From the NCBI GenBank assembly GCA_902577425.1, contig CACGZD010000001.1, positions 113,860 to 177,859 of the forward strand: a stretch of DNA of 64,000 nt, given 5' to 3'. Positions 1-9,676 of the stretch are shown piece by piece. The notes under the pieces were generated by a model. It saw only the letters and a program-made list of their open reading frames with translations. It was not told where the DNA came from and made no database searches. The position numbers and the translations under genes are program-made. Each line of letters opens with the position of its first letter. Position 1 is the first letter of the stretch. The stretch comes from an uncultured Alphaproteobacteria bacterium. GTDB lineage: Bacteria > Pseudomonadota > Alphaproteobacteria > HIMB59 > GCA-002718135.

Positions 1-972
1 TGAAACAGTTATTTGTCTATCAAATCTTCCTGGTCGTAATAAAGCAGGATCTAAAACATCTGGCCTGTTTGTTGCCGCTATTATAATAACTCCTGCATTG
101 GCCTCAAATCCATCCATTTCAACTAATAATTGATTTAATGTTTGTTCTCTCTCATCATTACCGCCCCCAAGACCTGCTCCTCTATGACGACCAACAGCAT
201 CTATTTCGTCAATAAATATGATACATGGTGAATTTTTTTTACCTTGTTCAAACATATCTCTAACACGACTAGCTCCTACGCCTACAAACATTTCTACAAA
301 ATCAGACCCTGATATAGAAAAGAAAGGAACATTTGCTTCACCTGCTATTGCTCTAGCAAGTAGAGTTTTTCCAGTTCCAGGAGGTCCCACAAGCAATGCT
401 CCTGTAGGAATTTTTCCTCCTAATCTAGAAAATTTTTTAGGATCTTTTAAAAATTCAACAACTTCTTCTAATTCTTGTTTTGCTTCATCTATACCCGCAA
501 CATCATCAAAGGTTACCTTACCAACAGCTTCATTTAAAAGTTTAGCTTTAGATTTACCAAAACCCATCGCTTTTCCACCGCCACCTTGCATTTGACGCAT
601 AAAAAAAATCCAAACACCAATTAACAATAACATTGGAAACCAAGATAATAAGATACTTAAAATTGGATGCATTGTTCTGTCTGATGGTTCAGCTGTAATT
701 TTAACTCCACTAGAATTTAATTTCTCAACCATATCTGGATAATTAGGAGAATATGTTGTAAATGGCCTTCCATCCTCAAAATAACCTTCAACATTGTTTC
801 CTCTAATATTTACTTCAGAAACATTGCCAGACTCTACGGCTACAATAAAATCAGAAAATGAGATATTTGACGCATTTCTGTTGGAAGATGTACCTTGAAA
901 AAGATTAAAAAGAGCAACTAAAAGCAAACCAATAATGATCCAAAGTACTATATTTTTACTGAAATTTTTCAT
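1..972 (-). CDS. ftsH: ATP-dependent zinc metalloprotease FtsH, N-terminal ~324 codons (rest of gene lies beyond window start)
   Basis: Not in the ORF track because it runs off the edge. My minus-strand translation from ATG (complement of 970..972) gives [25 protein letters not shown]... It continues through AAA+ Walker A GPPGTGKT (complement of ~370-400) and Walker B IIFIDEID, ending at RPGRFDRQ at the edge. It follows tilS as in other alphaproteobacteria. Confidence 0.93.
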   Translation of the reverse strand, partial: MKNFSKNIVLWIIIGLLLVALFNLFQGTSSNRNASNISFSDFIVAVESGNVSEVNIRGNNVEGYFEDGRPFTTYSPNYPDMVEKLNSSGVKITAEPSDRTMHPILSILLSWFPMLLLIGVWIFFMRQMQGGGGKAMGFGKSKAKLLNEAVGKVTFDDVAGIDEAKQELEEVVEFLKDPKKFSRLGGKIPTGALLVGPPGTGKTLLARAIAGEANVPFFSISGSDFVEMFVGVGASRVRDMFEQGKKNSPCIIFIDEIDAVGRHRGAGLGGGNDEREQTLNQLLVEMDGFEANAGVIIIAATNRPDVLDPALLRPGRFDRQITVS

Positions 973-1040
973 TTTTAATTGTTATATATAAATAGGAATT
1001 AATTAAAAAAACACAATAGCTAAATATTAATTATTCTATT

Positions 1041-2000
1041 CTAATAGCCAAAATTAATAGAAAAATGATCCTTTTTGATATTAATACCACCTAAATTAGC
1101 CTTTACAATTTTATTACTTAATAAATTTTCTAAAAAATTATAAATTTTTCTAGATCTAATTGATTTTCTTTTTGGCATTAAAAATTTATAAATGATTTCA
1201 ATTATCTTAATTTGAATTTCTTTATCTTGTTCAAAAAATTTATCAGATTCAATTAAAATATTTTTATTATTTATTTTGATAATTGTTTTATTAAATATTT
1301 CATAAACCATTTGCAAATAAAAAGGATAATATTTTTCTATTTTTTCAAAATCTTTTTTTATTTTTTTATGAAGGATCTTATTGTGATTCAAAAAATTTCT
1401 TAAAGCTACTCGAGTATATTTAGTATTTAAATTACTAGGATCATTAAGATAAAAAATTTTATTGTTTGAATTAAACTCTAGTATTTCTTTTTTGGTATGA
1501 AGTAATAAAGGTCTTAATATCTGAATACAATTATTGATACTTTTATATTGCATTCCTCTAAGACCTTCAAAATTACTACCAGACAATTTACGAATTAAAA
1601 AAGTTTCTATATTATCATTATAATGATGTGCTAAAAATAAATGGAAGATATTTTTACGGTTACAATATTTGATTAACTTTTCATATCTATTTTCTCTCGC
1701 TTCTTTCATACTTTTTTTAATTACTAATTTTGTATTAATTTTTATAATTTTAGTAGAAATTTTATTTTTTAATAAATATTTTTTTATCAAATATGATTCT
1801 TCTTTTGATTCTTTTCTTAATTGATGATCAATAATTAGAGCAACAATGCTCCCTTTATTTTTATTTATCCAATTTTTTAATAAATAAATTAAACACATGC
1901 TATCAGGACCTCCTGATACTGCTACAGCTATAGTAGGTTTTTTTTCAAAAAAATAATTTTTATTCAAATATTGATTGAAAGAGTTTTGTAAAATCTTCAT
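1041..2000 (-). CDS. tilS: tRNA(Ile)-lysidine synthase
   Basis: N-terminal PP-loop motif VAVSGGPDS, ~320 aa, conserved position between cpoB and ftsH. 4-nt overlap with the upstream gene. Confidence 0.85.
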   Translation of the reverse strand: MKILQNSFNQYLNKNYFFEKKPTIAVAVSGGPDSMCLIYLLKNWINKNKGSIVALIIDHQLRKESKEESYLIKKYLLKNKISTKIIKINTKLVIKKSMKEARENRYEKLIKYCNRKNIFHLFLAHHYNDNIETFLIRKLSGSNFEGLRGMQYKSINNCIQILRPLLLHTKKEILEFNSNNKIFYLNDPSNLNTKYTRVALRNFLNHNKILHKKIKKDFEKIEKYYPFYLQMVYEIFNKTIIKINNKNILIESDKFFEQDKEIQIKIIEIIYKFLMPKRKSIRSRKIYNFLENLLSNKIVKANLGGINIKKDHFSINFGY

Positions 2001-2920
2001 TCAGGAGGTTTAGAACAATTTAATTCGGAGACCTTTTTGATAACCTTTGATTTTAATTTATTATCAGGATATTCTTTATCTAATTTTATTAAAGTTGAGC
2101 AAGCATCATTTTTTTTATCCATTAAAACTAATGACTCAGATAATTTATAAAGCATATCAGGGGCTTTGATACTTTGAGGATATTGCTGATATCCTTCAGC
2201 AAGTATTAGTGCAGCTTCTCTATATTCTTTTTTAAGTAAATAAATTTCACCCAACCAATAATGAGCAGTTCCAGATAATGTGTTGTCTTTATTCTCCTCT
2301 ATAAATATTAGAAATGAAGTTTTTGCTTCTTCAAATCTTTGATTTCTTAATAAATCAAAGGCCAGCTGAAATTTATCTTCTGGATTTAAATTAGAAAGAC
2401 TTTCTTCAGATGATTTTACTTGTTGATCTTGAGAAGTATTTTCACTTTTAGAAAGATCTTCAGAATTAATAACAAGAGATCCTAACGTATTTTCTTCTTT
2501 TATTTCAGAGTTTGATAAAGCTGTATTTTCATCAATTTTTTTTTCTAAGTTATTTTTGTTAATACTATTTTCAATTTTTAAAGAAATTGTAGATAAATCA
2601 ACATTTAGTTCTTTGTATAGCTTATTAAGATCATCAATTTGAAAAATCAACTCCTCAAAACTATTATTCAATTTTTTGATATCTTGTTCTAGATCATATA
2701 TTCTTAAATCAAAAGCTGTTAAATCTATTATACCTGTTGCATCATCTGTTGTTTCTTGCTGCTCAAAACTATCTCTTTTTGATGTAAATACTGACTTAGA
2801 CAAATCATTAACTTCCCTTTGCAGTCTATCTAATTGTTGCTTTAATGTTAACAAAGAATCTTCAGCATTACTAAAAGAACAAAAAAATAAAATTATAGAA
2901 AAAATTATATATTTAATCAT
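1997..2920 (-). CDS. cpoB: Tol-Pal system protein CpoB/YbgF (coiled coil plus C-terminal TPR)
   Basis: Signal peptide, long coiled-coil region, C-terminal TPR-like segment (AHYWLGEIYLLKKEYREAA). Last gene of the tol-pal cluster. Confidence 0.8.
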   Translation of the reverse strand: MIKYIIFSIILFFCSFSNAEDSLLTLKQQLDRLQREVNDLSKSVFTSKRDSFEQQETTDDATGIIDLTAFDLRIYDLEQDIKKLNNSFEELIFQIDDLNKLYKELNVDLSTISLKIENSINKNNLEKKIDENTALSNSEIKEENTLGSLVINSEDLSKSENTSQDQQVKSSEESLSNLNPEDKFQLAFDLLRNQRFEEAKTSFLIFIEENKDNTLSGTAHYWLGEIYLLKKEYREAALILAEGYQQYPQSIKAPDMLYKLSESLVLMDKKNDACSTLIKLDKEYPDNKLKSKVIKKVSELNCSKPPE

Positions 2921-2955
2921 TAAAAAATACTAAATTAAATATTAGTTCTAAATAA

Positions 2956-2977
2956 GGCGCTAATTTTTATTAGCGCC
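2956..2977 (-). terminator. Perfect 9-bp GC-containing hairpin (GGCGCTAAT-tttt-ATTAGCGCC) between pal and cpoB
   Basis: Read directly from the sequence. It is one of very few GC-rich stems in an intergenic spacer. It lies 24 nt downstream of the pal stop on the minus strand, followed by a weak T-rich tract (TTATTT). It could be a partial terminator or an mRNA-stabilising stem inside the operon. Confidence 0.4.
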
Positions 2978-3000
2978 CCTATAGTATTAAGGTTATTGAA

Positions 3001-3534
3001 TTAATTAACAGTAGTAACTGATCTTCTATTTTGACTCCAAGCACCCTTATTTGATCCAACTACTGCTGGTCTTTCCTTACCAAAACTAATCGTTGAAATT
3101 TGCGAAGATGAAATTCCCATACTAGTCATATAATTTTTGACGGACTGAGCTCTTTTTTCACCTAATGCTAGGTTATATTCTCTTGTTCCTCTTTCATCAC
3201 AATGTCCTTCAATGGTTACTGAAGCATTATGTTGCTTAATCCATGCAACTTGATCTTGAAGTAACTCTTTTGCATCTGAGTTTAATTCTGCACTGTCATA
3301 GTCAAAAAATACTCTATCTCCAACATTAACTATTAAATCCTCTTGTGAACCCGGTTCAATATTTGGGCCACCTAATTCTGTATTTTCTAAATCAGCAAGT
3401 ATATCTGCGTCACCAGAAGCAGGATCTGAACTTGAAGAACCACTACCAGATGCCCCAGATGTATCTTTAGGTGTAGTTGAACAAGCAGTTATAAAAGCTG
3501 CTAAAAAAATTGATAATAAAATCTTATAAAACAT
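3001..3534 (-). CDS. pal: Peptidoglycan-associated lipoprotein Pal (OmpA-like C-terminal domain)
   Basis: Lipobox FITAC, Gly/Ser-rich linker, OmpA domain motifs (FDYDSAEL, GHCDERGTREYNLALGEKRA). Lies downstream of tolB. Confidence 0.92.
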   Translation of the reverse strand: MFYKILLSIFLAAFITACSTTPKDTSGASGSGSSSSDPASGDADILADLENTELGGPNIEPGSQEDLIVNVGDRVFFDYDSAELNSDAKELLQDQVAWIKQHNASVTIEGHCDERGTREYNLALGEKRAQSVKNYMTSMGISSSQISTISFGKERPAVVGSNKGAWSQNRRSVTTVN

Positions 3535-3641
3535 TAATAACTCCCTTAATACTTATTATGCTTTTTGATATCTAATAAATCTAAGATTTAATAGCATTTT
3601 TTTATATAATTTATATATTTTTTTTTAAAAAAGGCTGAGAT

Positions 3642-4961
3642 TTAATGTAATAATGGTGACCATGCTGGGTCTGAGCCACCCAATGGGGTAATAATTTTTC
3701 TCTCGTTATATCCTGTTAAATCAATAGAATATAAGCTAGACTCACCCCCGCTTCCATCTTCAGCAGTACGTTCTTCCTTAAAATACATCAAATATCTGCC
3801 ATTTGGAGACCATGTTGGACCCTCTACATGGAATGATTTAGCTATCATTCTTTCATTTGATCCATCAACTTCCATTACGCCAATATAAAATTGCCCTCCT
3901 TCTTGTTTTGTAAAAGCTATAAAATCGCCTCTGGGAGACCAAACTGGCGTATAATAACTTCCGGCTTCTCTACTTATTCTTTTAATTTTTTTGCCATCTA
4001 AAGAAGTTATATATAGATGTCTTCTTCCGCTTCTATCAGAATTAAAAACAATTTGTTTTCCATCTGGAGAAAAACTAGCTGAAACATCTATTGCAGAACT
4101 ATTTGTAATTCTTTTTGAGATTCTTGTTGCTAAATCTAAAATATAAATTTCAGAATTACCAATTTTGGGATCAGCATATGACATAACTATTTTTTTTCCA
4201 TCTGGTGAAAAACGTGGTGCAAATGTCATTCCAGGAAAATCACCTACAATTTCTTGCCGTCCTGTTTCAATATCAAAAATAAAAACTCTAGGGTTGTTTC
4301 TTTTTATATATGACATGTAAGTAATTTTTTGAGAGTTTGGAGAAAAGCGAGGAGTAAGAACTAAGTAAGATCCATCTGTTAAAAAACGATGATTGGCTTG
4401 ATCTTGATCCATTATTGCTAATCTTTTTTGTTTATTATCTTTTGGACCAGTTTCTGCTACATAAACAATACGTGTATCAAAATATCCACTGTCACCTGTA
4501 AGTCTTGAAAAAATTGCATCAGAAATAATATGAGAAACTCTTCTCCAATTCTTTTCTGTAGTTTCATACTTTTTGCCTATTAATTCTTTTTGTGCAAAAA
4601 CATCATATAACCTAAACTCTACTGATATTTTATCTCCTCTTTTATTAATTTTACCAGATACTAGATGTTGAGATTTAATAACTTTCCAATCTTCAAATCT
4701 AGGACCTTGAGATAAAGACTTGGGACTTTGTATAAAAGCTTTTTGATCAATTGGTAAAAATAAACCAGAACGTTCTAAATTATCCGAAATAACCATAGAA
4801 ATATTTTTACCTATCCTAAATGTTGATTCAGTAGAGGAAAAAAAATTACTTACAGCTATCGGCGTTGGTTTAATACTTCCTTGAGTAATTGTTAAATCTA
4901 AAGATAAAACTTTATTATTAAGCAAGATAATTGTGATAAAAAAAAATAAAAACTTACGCAT
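3642..4961 (-). CDS. tolB: Tol-Pal system beta-propeller protein TolB
   Basis: Signal peptide plus repeated propeller blades (PRFSPDGKKIV, SFSPDGKQIVF, PVWSPRGDFIAF, PTWSPNGRYL). Correct size and synteny. Confidence 0.93.
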   Translation of the reverse strand: MRKFLFFFITIILLNNKVLSLDLTITQGSIKPTPIAVSNFFSSTESTFRIGKNISMVISDNLERSGLFLPIDQKAFIQSPKSLSQGPRFEDWKVIKSQHLVSGKINKRGDKISVEFRLYDVFAQKELIGKKYETTEKNWRRVSHIISDAIFSRLTGDSGYFDTRIVYVAETGPKDNKQKRLAIMDQDQANHRFLTDGSYLVLTPRFSPNSQKITYMSYIKRNNPRVFIFDIETGRQEIVGDFPGMTFAPRFSPDGKKIVMSYADPKIGNSEIYILDLATRISKRITNSSAIDVSASFSPDGKQIVFNSDRSGRRHLYITSLDGKKIKRISREAGSYYTPVWSPRGDFIAFTKQEGGQFYIGVMEVDGSNERMIAKSFHVEGPTWSPNGRYLMYFKEERTAEDGSGGESSLYSIDLTGYNERKIITPLGGSDPAWSPLLH

Positions 4962-4963
4962 GT

Positions 4964-5995
4964 TTAATTGCCTCTCATTATACTATAATCAAACTTCATA
5001 GTTAAATTTTTCCATAATTCATATTTATCTTCGGGAAGCTTTAAAGGAATACAATCTGGATTAAGTAAAGTTCTCATAGCACTTTCAGTAATAGGACCAT
5101 ATATAGTACTACTTTTAGATATATTTGTGTCAACAATACGAATAGAATTCTCTAAAACCCTCCTATTTCGTTGAATTTTTGCTGAAACTTTAACAAACAT
5201 TGATTTATTTATTTCAGCTCCAGCCGGAGCAATGAAGCATCTTGAGAGTTGTTGCAAAACAAGATCTATTTCACTAATAGATAGTTCTGCCCTTTCTTCA
5301 TCTACAACATCTTGAGTTTCTTTTTTAATTATATTTTTTTTTTCTTCTTCATTAATATTGTCTACTTTTGGAGTAGTTTTTTCATTTCTTAAATCTTTTA
5401 ACATAGAGGCTATATCAAATTCAGGTTCAGGTTTTGGTTTTGGTTTTGCTACTGCAGATACATCAGTTTTTTTATTATTTTCTATAATTTTAGGTTCAAT
5501 TTTAGGTTTTAACTTTGGTTTTATTTTCTCTGTAGGCAAGCTCTCAAAATTAGTTGTTTCAAGTTCTATTTTTTTTTTTATTACCTCATTAGGTATTGTT
5601 TTTTTTTCTTTTATTTGAACATTTTCTCTAGTATTAATTTTTTTTTCATCTTCAATATTTTTAACTTTTGGTTTATCTTTTATTTCGATTTTTTTAATTT
5701 CTTGACTTTCTGAAGAGTTAAATTTTTTTTCTTTTATTTGAACCTGTTTAGATTCTGATGGTTTAATATTTTTTATTTCTTTTGGTATGGAAGTAATTTC
5801 TGAAACATTTACTATCTCTATCGGGATGATTGTAGGGATATATATCGGCTTTGGATCAAAAAAATTTGGAATACCAATAGCAAACAACAAAATAGCAAAA
5901 TGTAAAAAAAAAGAAAAAGAAAATCCTAAATAATCGCTTCTAATATTTTCAAAAAAATATAAAAACTTACTATATTTTTCAACAAACTGATTCAT
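4964..5995 (-). CDS. tolA: TolA-like membrane-spanning protein (N-terminal TM, K/E/P-rich linker, TonB/TolA-type C-terminal domain)
   Basis: Position between tolR and tolB. One N-terminal TM segment, a long lysine/glutamate/proline low-complexity tract (KPKLKPKIEPK, KPKPKPEPE) and a globular C-terminus. Confidence 0.7.
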   Translation of the reverse strand: MNQFVEKYSKFLYFFENIRSDYLGFSFSFFLHFAILLFAIGIPNFFDPKPIYIPTIIPIEIVNVSEITSIPKEIKNIKPSESKQVQIKEKKFNSSESQEIKKIEIKDKPKVKNIEDEKKINTRENVQIKEKKTIPNEVIKKKIELETTNFESLPTEKIKPKLKPKIEPKIIENNKKTDVSAVAKPKPKPEPEFDIASMLKDLRNEKTTPKVDNINEEEKKNIIKKETQDVVDEERAELSISEIDLVLQQLSRCFIAPAGAEINKSMFVKVSAKIQRNRRVLENSIRIVDTNISKSSTIYGPITESAMRTLLNPDCIPLKLPEDKYELWKNLTMKFDYSIMRGN

Positions 5996-5998
5996 TTA

Positions 5999-6427
5999 TT
6001 AATCACTAGGATTTTGTGCAACTAAAGCTACCTTTATGTAGCCAGCAGAATTTATAATTGACATTATTTCCATTACCCTTCCGTAAGCAACCACTCTATC
6101 ACCTCTAACATAAATTCTAGCTTCAGTATTTTGATCAGTTATAGCATTAAGTCTAGGTATTAAATTTTCAATTTCTACTTCTGACTCTCCTAGATAAATT
6201 AAACCATCCAGTTTAACTGTAATTTCTATAGGGTCTTTTTGATCTGTTAATGCATCTGCTTTAACTTTAGGTAAATCAACAGGAATTCCAACAGTTAATA
6301 AGGGCGCTGTAACCATAAAAACAATTAGTAATACAAGCATAACATCAACAAATGGAGTGACATTAATTTCACTCATCTGAGAATATCTTTTTGTTCTTCT
6401 AGTGTTTTTTTGGTTAAATGTTTGCAA
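5999..6427 (-). CDS. tolR: Biopolymer transport protein TolR (ExbD family)
   Basis: ExbD/TolR N-terminus (EINVTPFVDVMLVLLIVFMV), ~140 aa, follows tolQ. Confidence 0.87.
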   Translation of the reverse strand: MQTFNQKNTRRTKRYSQMSEINVTPFVDVMLVLLIVFMVTAPLLTVGIPVDLPKVKADALTDQKDPIEITVKLDGLIYLGESEVEIENLIPRLNAITDQNTEARIYVRGDRVVAYGRVMEIMSIINSAGYIKVALVAQNPSD

Positions 6428-6428
6428 A

Positions 6429-7148
6429 TTATTTATTTTCTAGTTGGCGAAAAAAGATTGTTGTAAATTCATCTATGAATGTTTCTAATGATATAAAATA
6501 TTTTGATAAGTCACTAGAAATTTTGTTGTAAGCCACTACTGCAGGTATAGCGACAAATAAACCTAGAGCCGTAGCAAACAATGCTTCAGCTATTCCTGGG
6601 GCAACAACAGCTAAATTTGTATTTTGTGCTATAGCAATCGATTGAAAACTATTCATAATTCCCCAAACTGTTCCAAAAAGACCTATGAAAGGAGCAGTAG
6701 ATCCTGCAGTTGCTAAAAAGGTTAGATTTTTTTCTATATTTTCAGATTCTTTATTAAATGTAACTTGCATTGTTCTTAACATTCTTTCTTTTAAGGAATT
6801 TAATTCTTCAGGCTTAAGATTTTTTGTATCTGCATTAGTTTTTTTCCATTCCGCAATAGCTGAACAAAATATTTTAGACTTAGGATCTGACTGATTATAG
6901 TTAAATGTTTCATATAAATCATGAAAAGAATTACCAGACCAAAAAATTTCATCAAACTCCTCATCTAATTTTTTTAATCTATTTATTCTAATAATTTTAC
7001 CGACCATAATATTCCAAGAATATATAGAAGATAAAATTAATACAATTATTACAGATTTAACAACCCAGTCAGCTCTTAAAAAAAGAGTTAAAAATGAAAA
7101 GTCTACTGAGCCTGAGGCTATTTCTGATGCGATATTAACTTCTTCCAT
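6429..7148 (-). CDS. tolQ: Tol-Pal system protein TolQ (MotA/ExbB family)
   Basis: Three TM segments and the conserved MotA/TolQ/ExbB core (APFIGLFGTVWGIMNSF, APGIAEALFATALGL). Confidence 0.9.
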   Translation of the reverse strand: MEEVNIASEIASGSVDFSFLTLFLRADWVVKSVIIVLILSSIYSWNIMVGKIIRINRLKKLDEEFDEIFWSGNSFHDLYETFNYNQSDPKSKIFCSAIAEWKKTNADTKNLKPEELNSLKERMLRTMQVTFNKESENIEKNLTFLATAGSTAPFIGLFGTVWGIMNSFQSIAIAQNTNLAVVAPGIAEALFATALGLFVAIPAVVAYNKISSDLSKYFISLETFIDEFTTIFFRQLENK

Positions 7149-7151
7149 AAA

Positions 7152-7463
7152 TTAATTTTTTTCCCCTTTTATTTTTTCTAATTTATCTAAATCACTACTA
7201 TGAACCATAACCCAAAAACCCGGTCTATTTTTTTCACATAAAGCTATGACAGGTGTTTTGCCTTCTTCTTTTGCTAATTTAGCTGTTTCGTCCCATAGAG
7301 AAACTACAGTATGTTTTGCTCTTAATTTGCATTCTATAAATAAACTGTCGTGTATAACATCTGCTCTTGTTACCTTGCCATTTCCTCCACTTAAAGGAGT
7401 TCTCATTCCTTTAAAATATCCAGCTACATCTCTTTCTCTTTTTTTCCAAGCTTTATCTGGCAT
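7152..7463 (-). CDS. Small PD-(D/E)XK nuclease-fold protein resembling archaeal-type Holliday junction resolvase Hjc
   Basis: 103 aa. The motif order ERD...SGGNG...ADVIH...FIECK...PVIAL...GFWV parallels the Hjc pattern E...SAGS...D...E-x-K...PVLAVK...GWRF. It lies 3 nt upstream of tolQ and 15 nt downstream of yebC. The functional call rests on my by-eye alignment only. Confidence 0.5.
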   Translation of the reverse strand: MPDKAWKKRERDVAGYFKGMRTPLSGGNGKVTRADVIHDSLFIECKLRAKHTVVSLWDETAKLAKEEGKTPVIALCEKNRPGFWVMVHSSDLDKLEKIKGEKN

Positions 7464-7478
7464 TAAATTCCTTTCTTA

Positions 7479-8225
7479 TCATGTTAAAGAAGCAAGTGTT
7501 TCTTCACTTACTTCAAAGTTAGAAGATACACCTTGAACATCATCATTATCTTCAAGTGCATTTAATAATTTAAATAATTTTTCTGCTGAGTCTTTTTCAA
7601 CTTCAACCGATGTATCACTTTTCCATATTAATTCTGCAGATTTTGTTGAACCAAATTTAGAAACGATTTTATTATTTAAAATATGTAACACTGACTGCTC
7701 ACAATAAATAACATAATCGTCTTCATTTACTTCTAAATCTTCTGAACCATTTTCTACAGAAAAATCAAAAATTTCTTCTTCAGTTGCTAAATTTTTTTCA
7801 ATAGTAATAGCGCCTAATCTTTTAAATCCAAAACTTACGCTTCCACTCTCTCCTAAGTTTCCACCAGACTTACTAAATATTGATCTAATTTCTGCAGCTG
7901 TTCTATTTTTATTATTTGTCATTGCTTCTACTATTATAGCTGTCCCTTCTGGACCATAACCTTCATATCTAACTTCTTCATAATTTGAATCAGCATCATT
8001 GCCTTCACCTTTTTTAATAGCTCTTTCTATGTTATCTTTAGGCATATTAAGAGTTTTTGCTGTATTTATAGCAGACCTTAGACGTATGTTACTTTCAGGA
8101 TCAACTCCTCCAGTTTTTACTGCTACTGCAATTTCTTTTCCAAGCCTAGAAAATGTTTTGGCACGCTTTTTATCTTGAGCGCCCTTTCTATGCATTATAT
8201 TCTTAAATTTAGAATGACCTGCCAT
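7479..8225 (-). CDS. yebC: YebC/PmpR family DNA-binding transcriptional regulator
   Basis: Canonical N-terminus MAGHSKFKNIMHRKGAQDKKRAKTFSRLGKEI and full-length family match (~248 aa). Confidence 0.93.
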   Translation of the reverse strand: MAGHSKFKNIMHRKGAQDKKRAKTFSRLGKEIAVAVKTGGVDPESNIRLRSAINTAKTLNMPKDNIERAIKKGEGNDADSNYEEVRYEGYGPEGTAIIVEAMTNNKNRTAAEIRSIFSKSGGNLGESGSVSFGFKRLGAITIEKNLATEEEIFDFSVENGSEDLEVNEDDYVIYCEQSVLHILNNKIVSKFGSTKSAELIWKSDTSVEVEKDSAEKLFKLLNALEDNDDVQGVSSNFEVSEETLASLT

Positions 8226-8315
8226 AATTCTTATATAAATATTTAGTTCGTAATTAGTAAAGTGTTTTAATTATTTGATTTAAATATATTAATATTGTGT
8301 CCAATATGTGCAAAA

Positions 8316-9104
8316 TTATAATTGAAAAGCTTCTATTTTAAGGGCTAATCCAGACTTATCATCGGTTTCTATGTATGAACCACATAATTTGCCTTCTCCA
8401 TTAGCACAAACGAAACGACCATTTAAACGATATCCTTTTGTGAATAAATGAATGGGATTATCTTTTTCCATTCCAATAACTGAGTTGTAATTGCCAGTCA
8501 TACCAACATCTGTCTGATATGCTGTACCATTATCTAAAATTCTAGCATCTGAAGTTGGTATATGAGTATGTGTGCCTAAAACAGCTGAAACCTTTCCATC
8601 AACAAAATGACCAAAAGCATTTTTTTCAGATGTTGTTTCTCCGTGCATATCTATCAAGATTGCATTACAGGAAGAACCTAAAAATTCTTTTTTTAAACTT
8701 TTTTCTATGACTGCAAAAGGATCATCAACAGATAATCCCATAAACAATCTTAACAAAACTTGAATGATAATTATTGTTCTACCATCCTCTAATTCTATTT
8801 TATATTCCCCTTGTCCAGGAACTCCCTTAGGATAATTTAAGGCTCTAATTATTTTTGGACATTCTTCAATATATGACAGCATTTCTTTTTGATCCCAAGA
8901 ATGATTACCTAAAGTAATAACATCAACTCCTAAATCAAAAAGTTCATTAGCTATTTTTTTTGTTAATCCATAACCAGAAGCAGCATTTTCACCGTTAGCG
9001 ATTATAACATCTGGATTAAATTTTTTACTTATTATAGGTAATTTTTTTTCTATAGCTTCTCTTCCAGATTTACCAACTATATCACCTACAAATATTATCT
9101 TCAT
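8316..9104 (-). CDS. YmdB-like metallophosphoesterase (2',3'-cyclic-nucleotide phosphodiesterase family, TIGR00282-type)
   Basis: MKIIFVGDIVGKSGR, ANGENAASGYGLT, GNHSWDQ, DMHGETTSEK and GTHTHIPTSD motifs typical of the YmdB family. Confidence 0.85.
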   Translation of the reverse strand: MKIIFVGDIVGKSGREAIEKKLPIISKKFNPDVIIANGENAASGYGLTKKIANELFDLGVDVITLGNHSWDQKEMLSYIEECPKIIRALNYPKGVPGQGEYKIELEDGRTIIIIQVLLRLFMGLSVDDPFAVIEKSLKKEFLGSSCNAILIDMHGETTSEKNAFGHFVDGKVSAVLGTHTHIPTSDARILDNGTAYQTDVGMTGNYNSVIGMEKDNPIHLFTKGYRLNGRFVCANGEGKLCGSYIETDDKSGLALKIEAFQL

Positions 9105-9676
9105 AAAATATTATATAATTGTTTTTCTGTTAATATGTAATTTAATTTTTGGTCTAAATTGTCATGTATAACATTTTTAACTTTTTGCTCTTCATAAGCT
9201 AAACCAATACTAATAAATTTATGTTTTATTGAAAAAAAATTAGCTATACACTTATCATAATAACCTCCTCCATATCCTAACCTAAATCCATTTTCATCAA
9301 AAGCAAGGCATGGAACAAAAATTATATCAGGCAAATAAGTTTGAGAATTAACAGGCTCTCTTACTCCAAACTTTCCTATTTTTAATTCATCACCAAAACA
9401 ATATCTTTTAAATAGTAAAATTTCTTTATTATTTTCTATAACAGGTAAGCATAAAATTTTTTCTAAACTCAATAAATATTGATTTAAGTCATTTGTTGAA
9501 ATTTCAGACTTAATTGATAAAAAACTGGCTATTATTTTACTTTTATTAAACCAATCATAATTAGTTAGTTTTTTATAAAAAAAGTTTTCTGACAAAATAG
9601 AAGTATCAATAAGTGATCTTTTTTTAGCTTGTTCTTTTCTTTGTTTTTTTTTTAAAAGATAAAGTTCTTGATTCAT
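9101..9676 (-). CDS. 5-formyltetrahydrofolate cyclo-ligase
   Basis: Diagnostic C-terminal motif RLGYGGGYYD, ~190 aa. Lies directly downstream of zapA, as ygfA does in other proteobacteria. Confidence 0.82.
   Translation of the reverse strand: MNQELYLLKKKQRKEQAKKRSLIDTSILSENFFYKKLTNYDWFNKSKIIASFLSIKSEISTNDLNQYLLSLEKILCLPVIENNKEILLFKRYCFGDELKIGKFGVREPVNSQTYLPDIIFVPCLAFDENGFRLGYGGGYYDKCIANFFSIKHKFISIGLAYEEQKVKNVIHDNLDQKLNYILTEKQLYNIL

Noticed and set aside
218-595. 125-aa plus-strand ORF in the track.
   Set aside because: It is antisense to the ftsH coding sequence, which gives an unmistakable AAA+ protease translation on the minus strand. Its own translation is low-complexity and matches no family.
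3558-3597. AT-rich imperfect palindrome (ATGCT...CTAATAAATCT-a-AGATTTAATAG-CAT) between tolB and pal.
   Set aside because: The stem is almost entirely A/T with a mismatch and a 1-nt centre, which is indistinguishable from chance symmetry in ~30% GC DNA. Its T-run orientation fits the plus strand, where there is nothing to terminate.
5358-5618. Other short opposite-strand or out-of-frame track ORFs. This example lies inside tolA. Further examples: 2676-2933, 6685-6894, 7246-7536, 11155-11529, 11785-11988, 12007-12360, 12473-12655, 14850-15059, 19262-19462, 20121-20330, 22136-22372, 23928-24236, 24833-25021, 26993-27178, 32528-32749, 33364-33606, 34914-35117, 38757-38957, 42381-42569, 45889-46140, 48584-48979, 49931-50131, 52859-53044, 57716-57952, 61995-62198 and 62357-62542.
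   Set aside because: All are nested in well-supported genes on the other strand or in another frame. They lack motifs and have skewed composition, so I treat them as spurious.
5300-5760. Long poly-A/T runs and repeated AAACC/TTTGG-type units in the tolA region.
   Set aside because: They are explained by the K/P/E-rich low-complexity linker of TolA (KPK and EKK repeats). This is not an independent repeat element.
7152-7463. Alternative reading of the 103-aa ORF as the YbgC thioesterase expected upstream of tolQ.
   Set aside because: There is no hot-dog-fold thioesterase motif, and the protein is shorter than YbgC. The E...D...E-x-K pattern fits a PD-(D/E)XK nuclease better.
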